Of a stretch of 48,506 nt of DNA, positions 9,448 through 18,448 are shown piece after piece (position 1 is the stretch's first letter; every line of letters starts with the position of its first letter). The DNA is taken from assembly GCA_016187405.1 (NCBI GenBank), contig JACPJS010000010.1, positions 1 through 48,506 on the forward strand, written 5' to 3'. A program made the position numbers and the translations under genes. Below the pieces are notes generated by a model. The model made no database searches. It was not told where the DNA came from and was given only the letters and a program-made list of their open reading frames with translations. The stretch comes from Candidatus Aenigmatarchaeota archaeon. Lineage in GTDB: Archaea; Aenigmatarchaeota; Aenigmatarchaeia; CG10238-14; SCSR01.

Positions 9448-9939
9448 ATGGTATTTGATTTTATTCCTAATTTTGTTGATCCGATATTCAATCCTTTGCT
9501 AAGCTTGAATCCTGTTCTCGCATTATTAATTTTCTCGGGAATACTCACATCAATAATTTATTTCATAAACAAAATATTCGTCAATCAGAAAGAATTGAAA
9601 AAGATGCGACAGGACATAACAGATGTCAGGGAAAAATTATCAGAGGCGCAGAAGAGCGGAAACAAGGAAGAGATAAACAAACTTTTGAACGATATGATGA
9701 AAATCAACAACGATTATTTCAAACAGACTTTCAAGACTCTGATAGTGTCCATGATTGTCCTTGTACTGTTATTCCCATGGGCAAATAACGCGTTCGGCGA
9801 GAAGACGGTGGTAACCCATCCTTTTATATCGTTTATTAGCCTAGTTCCATTACTGAATTTGATACCGAACTGGTTGGCTTGGTATATCTTAAGCTCGATA
9901 ACAATAAGCTGGTTGTTGAGAAAATTCATAGGTGAGTAA
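9448..9939 (+). CDS. DUF106 / EMC3-TMCO1 (Oxa1 superfamily) membrane insertase
   Basis: TM-coiled coil-TM layout, C-terminal WYILSS..LRK; conserved position after secY. Confidence 0.85.
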   Translation: MVFDFIPNFVDPIFNPLLSLNPVLALLIFSGILTSIIYFINKIFVNQKELKKMRQDITDVREKLSEAQKSGNKEEINKLLNDMMKINNDYFKQTFKTLIVSMIVLVLLFPWANNAFGEKTVVTHPFISFISLVPLLNLIPNWLAWYILSSITISWLLRKFIGE

Positions 9940-10167
9940 ATGAAGACAGTAAGAAGAAAAACGATAAAGGGGAAGATAAAATTTGTGCATAGGAAGGAAA
10001 GGAACAGCCCTGCATTGTGTGCAAACTGCAAGAAGCAATTACATGGAGTTCCTAGAGCATCAGTGAAATTATCAAAGAGTGAGAAGATTCCTAACAGACC
10101 ATTTGGTGGGAACCTTTGTTCAAATTGCAGCAGGCAAGTTTTAAGAGAGAGGGCGAGAGGTATATGA
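9940..10167 (+). CDS. rpl34e: 50S ribosomal protein eL34
   Basis: CANCKKQLHGV, PNRPFGGNLCSNC. Confidence 0.95.
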   Translation: MKTVRRKTIKGKIKFVHRKERNSPALCANCKKQLHGVPRASVKLSKSEKIPNRPFGGNLCSNCSRQVLRERARGI

Positions 10168-10168
10168 T

Positions 10169-10519
10169 ATGGCTAGTTTAGAAGTCGGAACAGTCGGAAT
10201 AAAGATTGTTGGAAGAGAAGGCGGAATGATTTGTACTGTTGTCAAGAAATTGGACAAGAGTTTTGTAATGATCACGGGACCTAAATTGGTCAGCGGAATC
10301 AAGAGAAGAAAATGCAATATCGCACATATCGAACCTACTAGTTACAAATTGGATATATCCGAAGACGCAAGCGACGAGCAAATTATAGAGGCTTACAAGA
10401 AAGCGGGTATTGTTTCGAAATTCAAATTGAAACTTCCTTCTGCAGGCGAGATGAAGAATGTAAAAGTTAAAAAAGCAAAGGAAGAGCCTGAGAAAAAAGA
10501 ATCTAAGAAAGAAAAGTAA
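10169..10519 (+). CDS. rpl14e: 50S ribosomal protein eL14
   Basis: KIVGREGG, ITGPK..GIKRRKCNIAHIEP. Confidence 0.93.
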   Translation: MASLEVGTVGIKIVGREGGMICTVVKKLDKSFVMITGPKLVSGIKRRKCNIAHIEPTSYKLDISEDASDEQIIEAYKKAGIVSKFKLKLPSAGEMKNVKVKKAKEEPEKKESKKEK

Positions 10520-10527
10520 CTCTAATT

Positions 10528-11478
10528 ATGTGGTTAATAAAATCTGACGAAGAGACAAATCCTGATTATGGAAAATCTCCTAAGGACAGGACTATCGAAG
10601 AACTGATTCAATCGTCTGTTGTTCTTCTTGACAAGAATTCTGGGCCTACATCTCATCAGGTATCGGCATGGGCGAGAGATATTTTCAATCTGAAATTAGC
10701 CGGGCATTCTGGAACATTGGATCCAGCTGTCACTGGTGTACTTCCGGTCGCACTTGATAATGCAACCAAATCGATGCCTGTGTTGACAGGATTGGACAAG
10801 GAGTATGTTGGTGTGATGCAATTGCACAAGCCAGTGCCAGAGGGTTTGTTGAGAAAAATTATTCAAGATAAATTTCTCGGAAAGATAATACAACTTCCAC
10901 CAAAGAAATCTGCAGTCGCAAGAAGGGAAAGGGAACGTGAAATAAAATTTTTCGATATACTTGAAATGAATGGACAGGAAGTATTGTTCAAAGTTGGTTG
11001 TGAAGCTGGGACATACATCAGAAAATTATGTCATGACATTGGGAAAGCACTTGGTGTCGGTGCGCATATGGCTGAACTGAGAAGGACTCGAGTCGGTAAT
11101 TTTACAGAAGAACAGACACATTCGCTTGTTGAATTGAGGGACTCATATGAAATATGGAAAGAAACTGGTGATGATGAGAAATTAAGAAAGATTCTAATCC
11201 CTGTTGAATATGCGATTAATCATGTGAAGAAAGTTTTCGTGAAAGATTCTGCTGTTGAAAACATTTGTAATGGTGCGCCGTTGTATCCGAATGGTATAAC
11301 ACGAATACAGAAAGAAATAATAGCTGGTGAATTGATTGCTGTGATGACATCGAAAGAAGAACTGATTGCACTGGGTATATGTAAGATGGATAGCGATGAA
11401 ATGTTGAAAAGGAAGACCGGAATTTCTGTAAGGACAGACAGGGTTTTGATGAAAAGGGGAGTGTATCCTAAACTTTAA
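10528..11478 (+). CDS. cbf5: H/ACA pseudouridine synthase Cbf5 (TruB family with PUA domain)
   Basis: GPTSHQV, GHSGTLDP, GTYIRKLCHD, ELRRTR. Confidence 0.96.
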   Translation: MWLIKSDEETNPDYGKSPKDRTIEELIQSSVVLLDKNSGPTSHQVSAWARDIFNLKLAGHSGTLDPAVTGVLPVALDNATKSMPVLTGLDKEYVGVMQLHKPVPEGLLRKIIQDKFLGKIIQLPPKKSAVARREREREIKFFDILEMNGQEVLFKVGCEAGTYIRKLCHDIGKALGVGAHMAELRRTRVGNFTEEQTHSLVELRDSYEIWKETGDDEKLRKILIPVEYAINHVKKVFVKDSAVENICNGAPLYPNGITRIQKEIIAGELIAVMTSKEELIALGICKMDSDEMLKRKTGISVRTDRVLMKRGVYPKL

Positions 11479-11503
11479 AAAGGAAAAAATGTAGTGAGTT
11501 TCT

Positions 11504-11791
11504 ATGAAAATCGCAGATATCAAACTTGGATTGAGTGCAATAACTGTAGAGGCTAAAGTGGTTGAAATTGGCGAACCTAGAGATGTCAATACAAAATATG
11601 GCGTGAAGAGCGTTGCTGATGCAATCCTTGAAGACGAGACTGGTCAGATAAAATTGTCATTATGGGAAGGTCAGATTGAGTCTGTAGCAATTGGTGATAC
11701 TGTAGTTGTGCATGGTGCATATGTGACACAGTTCAGAAACACATTGCAGTTGAGCATACCAAAATCTGGCAAATTGGAAAAACTAGATTAA
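11504..11791 (+). CDS. Single OB-fold ssDNA-binding protein (SSB/RPA-like)
   Basis: VADAILEDETGQIKLSLW, GDTVVVHGAYV. Confidence 0.85.
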   Translation: MKIADIKLGLSAITVEAKVVEIGEPRDVNTKYGVKSVADAILEDETGQIKLSLWEGQIESVAIGDTVVVHGAYVTQFRNTLQLSIPKSGKLEKLD

Positions 11792-11839
11792 TACTTACGC
11801 TAAAATACTTTTTCTTTGAATGTTAATTTGGATATAGAT

Positions 11840-11923
11840 GCCGGAGTCGCATAACCTGGTGGTGCACTGGTCTTGAAAACCAGCGGTCGTAAGACTATAT
11901 GGGTTCAAATCCCTTCTCCGGCG
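11840..11923 (+). tRNA. tRNA-Ser(UGA)
   Basis: Acceptor GCCGGAG/CTCCGGC with G discriminator; anticodon arm CTGGT-CTTGAAA-ACCAG; long variable arm; TTCAAAT T-loop; CCA not encoded. Confidence 0.95.
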
Positions 11924-12082
11924 CTAACCTTTAAATACCTTTACCACAAACATATTCCTAGGTGTAAATAAAATCAAGGTGATAACTAGACTGTTTCTTA
12001 TGTAACTACTCTGACTGCTAATTCTTAAAATGACGCAAGTGAGTGGACTAAGATTAAAATTAAATTAAATGGAGGAAATTAA

Positions 12083-12487
12083 ATGAGATTTGGCGGAGGA
12101 CGAAGATTCGGTAGTAACAATAACAGAAGTTTTGGTGGAGGAAATAGAAGATTTGATAGAAGACAAGACGATATGCCAAAACCAATTAAAGCTGGTGAGG
12201 AATACGATGTTGAAATCAAAGAAGTCGGCTCCAAAGGAGACGGTATCGCCCGCGTTAGCAATTTCGTAGTATTTGTTAACGGTGCAAAAATGGGTGAAAA
12301 GCTTCACATCAAAATAACAGATGTTAAAGACAGATTCGCTATCGGTGAAAAGACCGAAGGTAGCGGAACAGTTAAAACAGAATCGACAGAATCTACAGAA
12401 GAGGTGAAAGAAACGTCAAGCGACGATTGGGATTCAGACGAAGAGTCAGATGACGAATCTTCAGAAGAAAGCAACGAAGACGAGTAA
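12083..12487 (+). CDS. TRAM-domain RNA-binding protein with an RG-rich N-terminus and acidic tail
   Basis: PIKAGEEYDVEIKEVGSKGDGIARVSNFVVFV; GGAGG SD upstream. Confidence 0.9.
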   Translation: MRFGGGRRFGSNNNRSFGGGNRRFDRRQDDMPKPIKAGEEYDVEIKEVGSKGDGIARVSNFVVFVNGAKMGEKLHIKITDVKDRFAIGEKTEGSGTVKTESTESTEEVKETSSDDWDSDEESDDESSEESNEDE

Positions 12488-12535
12488 TCGCTCGGGTTTT
12501 TTGATTCGAATTTTTTTATTTTCGAATTTTTCTTT
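12481..12535 (+). terminator. Hairpin plus T-tract terminator
   Basis: CGAGT-AATC-GCTCG then T6; ATTCGAA..TTCGAAT inverted pair and further T-runs. Confidence 0.55.
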
Positions 12536-12561
12536 ATTAAATCTAAAAGGCAACTAGAATT

Positions 12562-13146
12562 ATGGACGACGAACAGGAAGAGTTTGTCTTAAAGACTTCC
12601 AGGATATTCTTTCTGGGAAATTATATAATCGCATTTCTTGTTGGTATTTTCCTAGTTCTTGCCATAATAAGTTTCAAACTCACATTCACGTTCTTTCCAT
12701 CAACTCTAAATGATTTGTTATCGACTTTGACCATACTTGGTATAGCGGCACTTGGACTAACTATGATCGAGCAGCCGGAATGGGCAAGATTTAGAGAGAA
12801 ATTCGTAGTCACTATGAACGAGGTTATAAGAGAGCATGGAATATTCACAAGAGAACGTGTAATACTTCCATATGCCACTATTGCTGACATAAGCGTTCAT
12901 CGGAGTGTAATTGGTAGAATTTTAAATTATGGTACGATAAGCGTCAGTTCATTCAAGTCTGGAAGCGACATGGTAATGCACGGTATAAGAAGTCCTGAGA
13001 AATACCACGTTATCATACAGAACCGTGTCAACCTGATAAGAGAAGGACAGATTAGGATGTTCAAAGAAGAAAAAATGGAAGGAAAATCTGAATCAGAAAA
13101 AGCTGAACGCAAATCTAAAAAACCCAGTAAAAAAGAAAAAGACTGA
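12562..13146 (+). CDS. Membrane protein with bacterial-type PH domain (bPH_2/YdbS-like)
   Basis: Two TMs, then VVTMNEVIREHGIF..IADISV..GRILNYGTI. Confidence 0.8.
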   Translation: MDDEQEEFVLKTSRIFFLGNYIIAFLVGIFLVLAIISFKLTFTFFPSTLNDLLSTLTILGIAALGLTMIEQPEWARFREKFVVTMNEVIREHGIFTRERVILPYATIADISVHRSVIGRILNYGTISVSSFKSGSDMVMHGIRSPEKYHVIIQNRVNLIREGQIRMFKEEKMEGKSESEKAERKSKKPSKKEKD

Positions 13147-13160
13147 AAATAATTCTAATT

Positions 13161-14048
13161 ATGCCAATTAATGCCGGACAGGAATATTTTGTTGCAGAAA
13201 AAAAGTATTCTGATGCTAGGACAAATGAAGAGAAGATAAAAGCTCTGGAAGAAATGATAAGAGCGTTACCCAAACACAAAGGTACGCACAATGTTCTTGC
13301 GGATTTGAAGAAAAGATTGTCAAAGCTGAAAAAAGAATCTGCTGTAAGCAAAAGAAAGTCGAGTAAGCCAAGTTTTATAATTAGAAAAGAAGGTTCGGCG
13401 CAGATTTGTATAATCGGAATGACCAAATCAGGCAAGAGCTCCTTGTTGAATTCATTGACAAATGCGAAAGCGCAAGTTGCAGAATATCCTTATACTACAA
13501 AAAAACCTCAAGTCGGGATGATGTATTACAAGGACATACAATTCCAGATGATAGAAATACCATCAACATTTAATTCAGAATTCATGAGCTTGCTGTATTC
13601 ATGTGATTTGATTGTTATGATGATGGATGCTATGCAAAATCCAATGAAACAAAAGGAAGAGATTTTAAAAATATTGAAGAAAAACAAACTTGACAACAAG
13701 GACATGGTATTTGTAAAAAACAAAAGCAAGGTTTGTGGATTGGATCCTAAGGAAGTTTGTATGGATACCAAGTCCGGAATAGGAATAGATGAATTGAAAG
13801 AACGCATGTGGGAAGAACTGAAAATGATTAGAATCTATACAAAATCACCGAACAAACCAAAAGCCATACCTGCGATTGGGATGCTAAAAAATTCTACTGT
13901 GAAAGATCTTACTAAGGAAATACACAAAGACTTGTTGAAAGACTTCAAGTTCGCAAAGATATTCAATTCGACGAAATACTCGGGAAAGAAAGTCGGATTA
14001 GAATACAAACTGCAAGACAACGATGTTGTGGAGATTCATTCCGAATAA
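13161..14048 (+). CDS. DRG/Obg-family GTPase with TGS domain (degenerate G3/G4)
   Basis: PKHKGT, GMTKSGKS, YPYTT, RIYTK, KVGLEYKLQDNDVVEI. Confidence 0.85.
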   Translation: MPINAGQEYFVAEKKYSDARTNEEKIKALEEMIRALPKHKGTHNVLADLKKRLSKLKKESAVSKRKSSKPSFIIRKEGSAQICIIGMTKSGKSSLLNSLTNAKAQVAEYPYTTKKPQVGMMYYKDIQFQMIEIPSTFNSEFMSLLYSCDLIVMMMDAMQNPMKQKEEILKILKKNKLDNKDMVFVKNKSKVCGLDPKEVCMDTKSGIGIDELKERMWEELKMIRIYTKSPNKPKAIPAIGMLKNSTVKDLTKEIHKDLLKDFKFAKIFNSTKYSGKKVGLEYKLQDNDVVEIHSE

Positions 14049-15077
14049 TCATTCAATTACAGTTTCTAATTTTTCCAAGTCACAAAAATCTGTCGAGTAC
14101 GTATACGCGCCTGCATCAAGAAAAATTATCTTGTCACCGACTTTGGGATTGTCAAGATAAACTCTGTATCTGAATATGTCCATCGAATCCGGTGTGCAAC
14201 CTTTGATTGTAAATGGTTCACCCTTCTCCAACTCACCATCGACAAACAATCTTGTATGTGCAACAAAAGTATCCATGGCTGCATTGTAGACTGAACAGTT
14301 GATTATGATGTTATTGTCGTATATTCCAGTTATCTCAGTTTCCAATTTTATACACGGTGCAGCGAGAAATCTTCCAGGTTCCACCATCATTTTGATATTG
14401 TTCTTGTTCAACCATTCTCTGAGTTCTTTTATTTTATCGAAAATATAATGCGTGACCTCGTTGACATTGCCATGACTCTTGTATTTTATCGGTATTCCTC
14501 CACCGATGTTCAATACATCTATGTTTTCTATCGTGGTTTTATCAAGTACATCTTCGAGTTCTCGTTTGAAAGACCATTCACTAACATTTTGTGTCTTTTT
14601 GTGAAAATGCAATCCGAGTTTTTCTATTTTATTATTTTTTCTCAATTCAGGTATCAATTCATTGATTTGGTTGGAGTACATGCCAAAAACAAAATATTTT
14701 TCGGTTTTTATCGTGTGTTCCTTCATCCTCATTCTTAACAATAGGTTGATTTTACAATCATTGTCTGAGATATAATCCAAAAGTATTTTCAGATCCGATT
14801 CGTTATCAACGATAAAATATTTTATACCAAGCTTGAATAGATTGTCCAAGATTTCTTTATTCAAACTCTGAGCAACAAAAATTATTTTACTCTTGTCTTT
14901 TATTGTATGTAATGACTCTGTTGAATGCAATGTAAACAATGAATCAGTATTCTCTTCTAATACCTGACCAACTTTAGGGTTTGTCTTAAGACTGTAAGAT
15001 ACTTCGTCTGATATTCCTTTTAGGAAATTATATTGTTCTAAAAGTTTTGACTTGTTCAAAACAAATTTCGCTTTCAT
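14049..15077 (-). CDS. PLP fold-type III basic amino acid decarboxylase (Orn/Arg/DAP family)
   Basis: YSLKTNP (PLP lysine), LNIGGG, EPGRFL, DAGAY. Confidence 0.88.
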   Translation of the reverse strand: MKAKFVLNKSKLLEQYNFLKGISDEVSYSLKTNPKVGQVLEENTDSLFTLHSTESLHTIKDKSKIIFVAQSLNKEILDNLFKLGIKYFIVDNESDLKILLDYISDNDCKINLLLRMRMKEHTIKTEKYFVFGMYSNQINELIPELRKNNKIEKLGLHFHKKTQNVSEWSFKRELEDVLDKTTIENIDVLNIGGGIPIKYKSHGNVNEVTHYIFDKIKELREWLNKNNIKMMVEPGRFLAAPCIKLETEITGIYDNNIIINCSVYNAAMDTFVAHTRLFVDGELEKGEPFTIKGCTPDSMDIFRYRVYLDNPKVGDKIIFLDAGAYTYSTDFCDLEKLETVIE

Positions 15078-15078
15078 T

Positions 15079-16023
15079 CTAATCGTTCTTTACCAGACCT
15101 TTCTTTGAAAGTTCCTCGAGTGCTTTGATCATTGCCAGAGGGAATGTAATCGTGACATCACCAATGACAGTTGCTACATCAGAATTGTCTTTTATCTTAC
15201 CCCAGCTTTTGGCCTCTCTCGTTGTAGCGCTGCCCATGCTTCCAGAAGATTCTCTGGATGTAGTCATGTAAACTGCATAATCCAATCCACCATTTATGAG
15301 ACATGCCAGTATCGCATGATGTTTTGAAACACCACCACCGAGAGATATCATTCCTTTCATTTCATCCTGGCTTGTACTGAATAGAATATTGGCAAAATCC
15401 TTCACAACATCCAAAATGAAATCTGGATATTTTTGCTGGAACATATACAAGTGAAATCCGAATGCACCATCCGTGATAGCTGGACAAAATATAGGAACGT
15501 TGTTTTTCGATGCCTGATAAAGAATAGAGTTCTCGTCATTCAACATGGATCCTATTTCCATCAACAATTCTGAAACTGTCCATCTTTTCTTCTTGTCATA
15601 GACTTTCTTGAGCATGTCGTGTATTATGTCCTCGAATCTCTCGTAGCTCTTGTTTGTAACATAAAGATTTCCGATTCTGTTTGTTCCTTTTTCATGCAGT
15701 TCAACATCATCAGCTGTGAACTCTCCTATAGGGAATTTCTCCCCGAAAGATTTCATTATATCCTCTTCTATACCTCCTACTGTAGTTACGACTACGTCTG
15801 CCATTTTCAATCTTATCACCTGTGCAAAGAAACCACGCAATCCAGAAGTGACCATGTTCGAAGTGAATGTGAAAAATATTTTAGCGCCAGATTCTTTCAT
15901 CTTGATTATAGTCTCAGATGCTTTTGCAAGTTCGACACTCTGGAAACCGACGCTATCAAGACCAGTAACCAACTCCTCGACAGTCATTCCTCTTGTCCAT
16001 TTGAAATCTTTTACATAAACCAT
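15079..16023 (-). CDS. dys: Deoxyhypusine synthase
   Basis: TSNMVTSGLR, GGIEED, NRIGN, CPAITDG, GGGVSKHH, EAKSWGK (catalytic Lys). Confidence 0.95.
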   Translation of the reverse strand: MVYVKDFKWTRGMTVEELVTGLDSVGFQSVELAKASETIIKMKESGAKIFFTFTSNMVTSGLRGFFAQVIRLKMADVVVTTVGGIEEDIMKSFGEKFPIGEFTADDVELHEKGTNRIGNLYVTNKSYERFEDIIHDMLKKVYDKKKRWTVSELLMEIGSMLNDENSILYQASKNNVPIFCPAITDGAFGFHLYMFQQKYPDFILDVVKDFANILFSTSQDEMKGMISLGGGVSKHHAILACLINGGLDYAVYMTTSRESSGSMGSATTREAKSWGKIKDNSDVATVIGDVTITFPLAMIKALEELSKKGLVKND

Positions 16024-16139
16024 AGTATCACTAAATTCTGAATGGGATAGATAGTTCTAGCAGAAAGCAATTAGATGTAAATTAACTTCTCTAAAGTTCG
16101 AAGTTGAAATCCCATATACTTCAATTAACACAAAGCCAT

Positions 16140-16982
16140 TTAAATGTTTGCCTGATATAGTACTTCCATCATGGATCTAGTGGCCAAGAATTCGGATATT
16201 TCATTTCCTTCCATAGAGTTCAAGCAGCACAAGTCCATTCCAACAATCTTTCCACCGATTGATTTCACAGCATTCTGGAAATTGTTGAAGAATATTCCAT
16301 CTGATTCAGGCATTTCCACCGCAGGTGCTACACTAGGATCGAAAACATCGAAATCCAATGAAACATAAACGTCAGAACTTTTTGTAAAGTGTTCAATCGC
16401 ATTGTAGACTTCCTCAGGATTCTCCAACATGTGCCTGCTTGTGAAAAATTGTATCCCGCTGTTCTTCATGAAATTGAATTCAAATTCATCGCAAGATCTC
16501 ACACCAATCAACATTATGTTCTCTGGCTGAATAATTTCAGATATACGTCTCAACCATGTCGCATCACAAAATTTAGGATTGAATTCTACACCTTCATTCA
16601 TCGCACGAATCTTTTCATCGTCATAAGAATTCTTAAAGTCCCCATGAGCATCGAAAACAATCAGCTTCACCTTCTTGAAAGCGCGCACTGAATAATAAGA
16701 CGATAAATGATTACCACCTAGCATCAATGGAATCTTTTTCATATTCAAAATATTCTTTATCTCTTCTGTAATCTTGTCCAAAGAATCAAGTTCTATGTTG
16801 CCCTTATCGAATGTCTTAACTTTCTCAAGAAGATTCACGTCATAATCCAAATCCATTGGTTCTACAAAACTGCTGACACGTCTTATGGATTCTAATGACT
16901 TGATTGAACCTTTACCTAACGGCACGCCGAATACGACTGCGTTAGATTCTTCTAAACTGAAGTCTGTTCCTAAGAATTTCAT
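16140..16982 (-). CDS. speB: Agmatinase (ureohydrolase family)
   Basis: GGNH, FDAHGD, IGVRS, SLDFDVFDP metal ligands. Confidence 0.88.
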   Translation of the reverse strand: MKFLGTDFSLEESNAVVFGVPLGKGSIKSLESIRRVSSFVEPMDLDYDVNLLEKVKTFDKGNIELDSLDKITEEIKNILNMKKIPLMLGGNHLSSYYSVRAFKKVKLIVFDAHGDFKNSYDDEKIRAMNEGVEFNPKFCDATWLRRISEIIQPENIMLIGVRSCDEFEFNFMKNSGIQFFTSRHMLENPEEVYNAIEHFTKSSDVYVSLDFDVFDPSVAPAVEMPESDGIFFNNFQNAVKSIGGKIVGMDLCCLNSMEGNEISEFLATRSMMEVLYQANI

Positions 16983-16987
16983 AGATA

Positions 16988-18448
16988 CTATTTTTTAATC
17001 AAGCTTTTAACAATATGCATTACTTCTTGGGAATCTATCTTCCCACGAACTTTGCTCATCACAATTCCGTAAAGTTTCTCGAATTGTATGTTGGGTTGTT
17101 CTGATAATATCGAATTCGCTATGTCCTTAACTTCACTCGCTGTCAACGGTCTCAAGTTCAATTCCTTTACAGCGTCACTTACGCCATCCTGTGGATATGA
17201 TGCGAGGTATTTTATGATTTCTGGTATGGATTCCTTGATTATTTTCTTGTCAGCAAGATGTTCAAACAGTTCAAAGAATCTATGTTCGTATATGCGATTA
17301 ATCTCAACTTTTTCACGTCTTACCAAGTCCTTGATTATAGATGTGAATGTGTTAGCAACTATCGTAGGATCAGCCTTTACCTTTTCCATAATCTTCTCAA
17401 ACAATGAGAGATATTCAGATTCCATTATTTCTTCTGCAAGTGAATTTGAAAGTTTGAACTTGCTTTTGAATCTTTCAAGCTTGTGTATAAGTGGTTCTGG
17501 TAATGATTTCTTCAATTCTTCCAAATGTTGTTTGCTAATAACGAAAGGTGGTATATCAGTTTCTGGGTACATCCTATTTGATCCTGATAACGGCCTGAGA
17601 AATCTCGTGGTTCCATCTTGATTCGCACCGCGTGTCTCTGGTTTGGCATGTTCTTTCATCTGTCTTTGAACTTCGAACTCAACAACCTTTGATAACAAAC
17701 TCAATTCCTGAATCCCCTTTACTTCAACTCTCTGACCGTTTCTTATGCTGACATTCATGTCCTGCCTTATCGCTCCAATACCTTGTTTTGTCTTACCTGT
17801 AGACCTGACCATTATTCCTATGATGTATGCAATCTCCTGCAATTCTGCTGGTCCGAATCCTTCCAAGATTCCTGTATCAATCTCGACCAATGGAACTCCT
17901 ATTCTGTTCAAACGGAAAGTAACATTACCACCTTTCTCTTCAACAATCGCACCTGCATCTTCTTCCAATGTGATTTGTGTTATCGGGATTCTTTTTCCTT
18001 TGAAACCTATATGACCATTCATTCCAACAACTACAGTCCTCTGAAATCCCATCGGTGTGCTACCATCTATAACGATCTTTCTCATCACGTGTAATTCTGT
18101 TGGTATAGTTTCGCAATTCAATAACAATGCAACTTGCAATGCTATATCAAGTGCTTCTCTGTTCAATTCATGTGGTGGTTCTTCGTCTACACATACCAAA
18201 CAAACTTCTTCAGGAAATATCTGATAATGAAATGTTCTATCGCGGAGGAATTCAAATTGTGCGGCTGTATCTGCTTCACCCAATTCACTTCTCACGACAT
18301 GTTGTTTTCTGATTATTGCGGAATGATTTGTTTTTGCTTTCATCTCAGTCGGACATTTACAGAATAGTTTATGCTTCGTGTTCAGCTGCTGGTGCAATTC
18401 CAATCCTGCTTTCAGTCTGACACTTTTATAATTTATTTTCTTGTCCAT
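16988..18448 (-). CDS. gatE: Glu-tRNA(Gln) amidotransferase subunit E (short form)
   Basis: GLELHQQL..KLFC, MRKIVIDGS, LEEDA, IRQDMNVSI, RMYPETD; start overlaps gatD stop. Confidence 0.95.
   Translation of the reverse strand: MDKKINYKSVRLKAGLELHQQLNTKHKLFCKCPTEMKAKTNHSAIIRKQHVVRSELGEADTAAQFEFLRDRTFHYQIFPEEVCLVCVDEEPPHELNREALDIALQVALLLNCETIPTELHVMRKIVIDGSTPMGFQRTVVVGMNGHIGFKGKRIPITQITLEEDAGAIVEEKGGNVTFRLNRIGVPLVEIDTGILEGFGPAELQEIAYIIGIMVRSTGKTKQGIGAIRQDMNVSIRNGQRVEVKGIQELSLLSKVVEFEVQRQMKEHAKPETRGANQDGTTRFLRPLSGSNRMYPETDIPPFVISKQHLEELKKSLPEPLIHKLERFKSKFKLSNSLAEEIMESEYLSLFEKIMEKVKADPTIVANTFTSIIKDLVRREKVEINRIYEHRFFELFEHLADKKIIKESIPEIIKYLASYPQDGVSDAVKELNLRPLTASEVKDIANSILSEQPNIQFEKLYGIVMSKVRGKIDSQEVMHIVKSLIKK

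Noticed and set aside
11840..11923. Possible selenocysteine or suppressor tRNA
   Set aside because: Anticodon is UGA (reads UCA, Ser), not UCA; the acceptor stem is a normal 7 bp.
11978..12050. C/D-like words (GTGATAA, CTGA) upstream of the TRAM gene
   Set aside because: Spacing too long and no convincing antisense element found.
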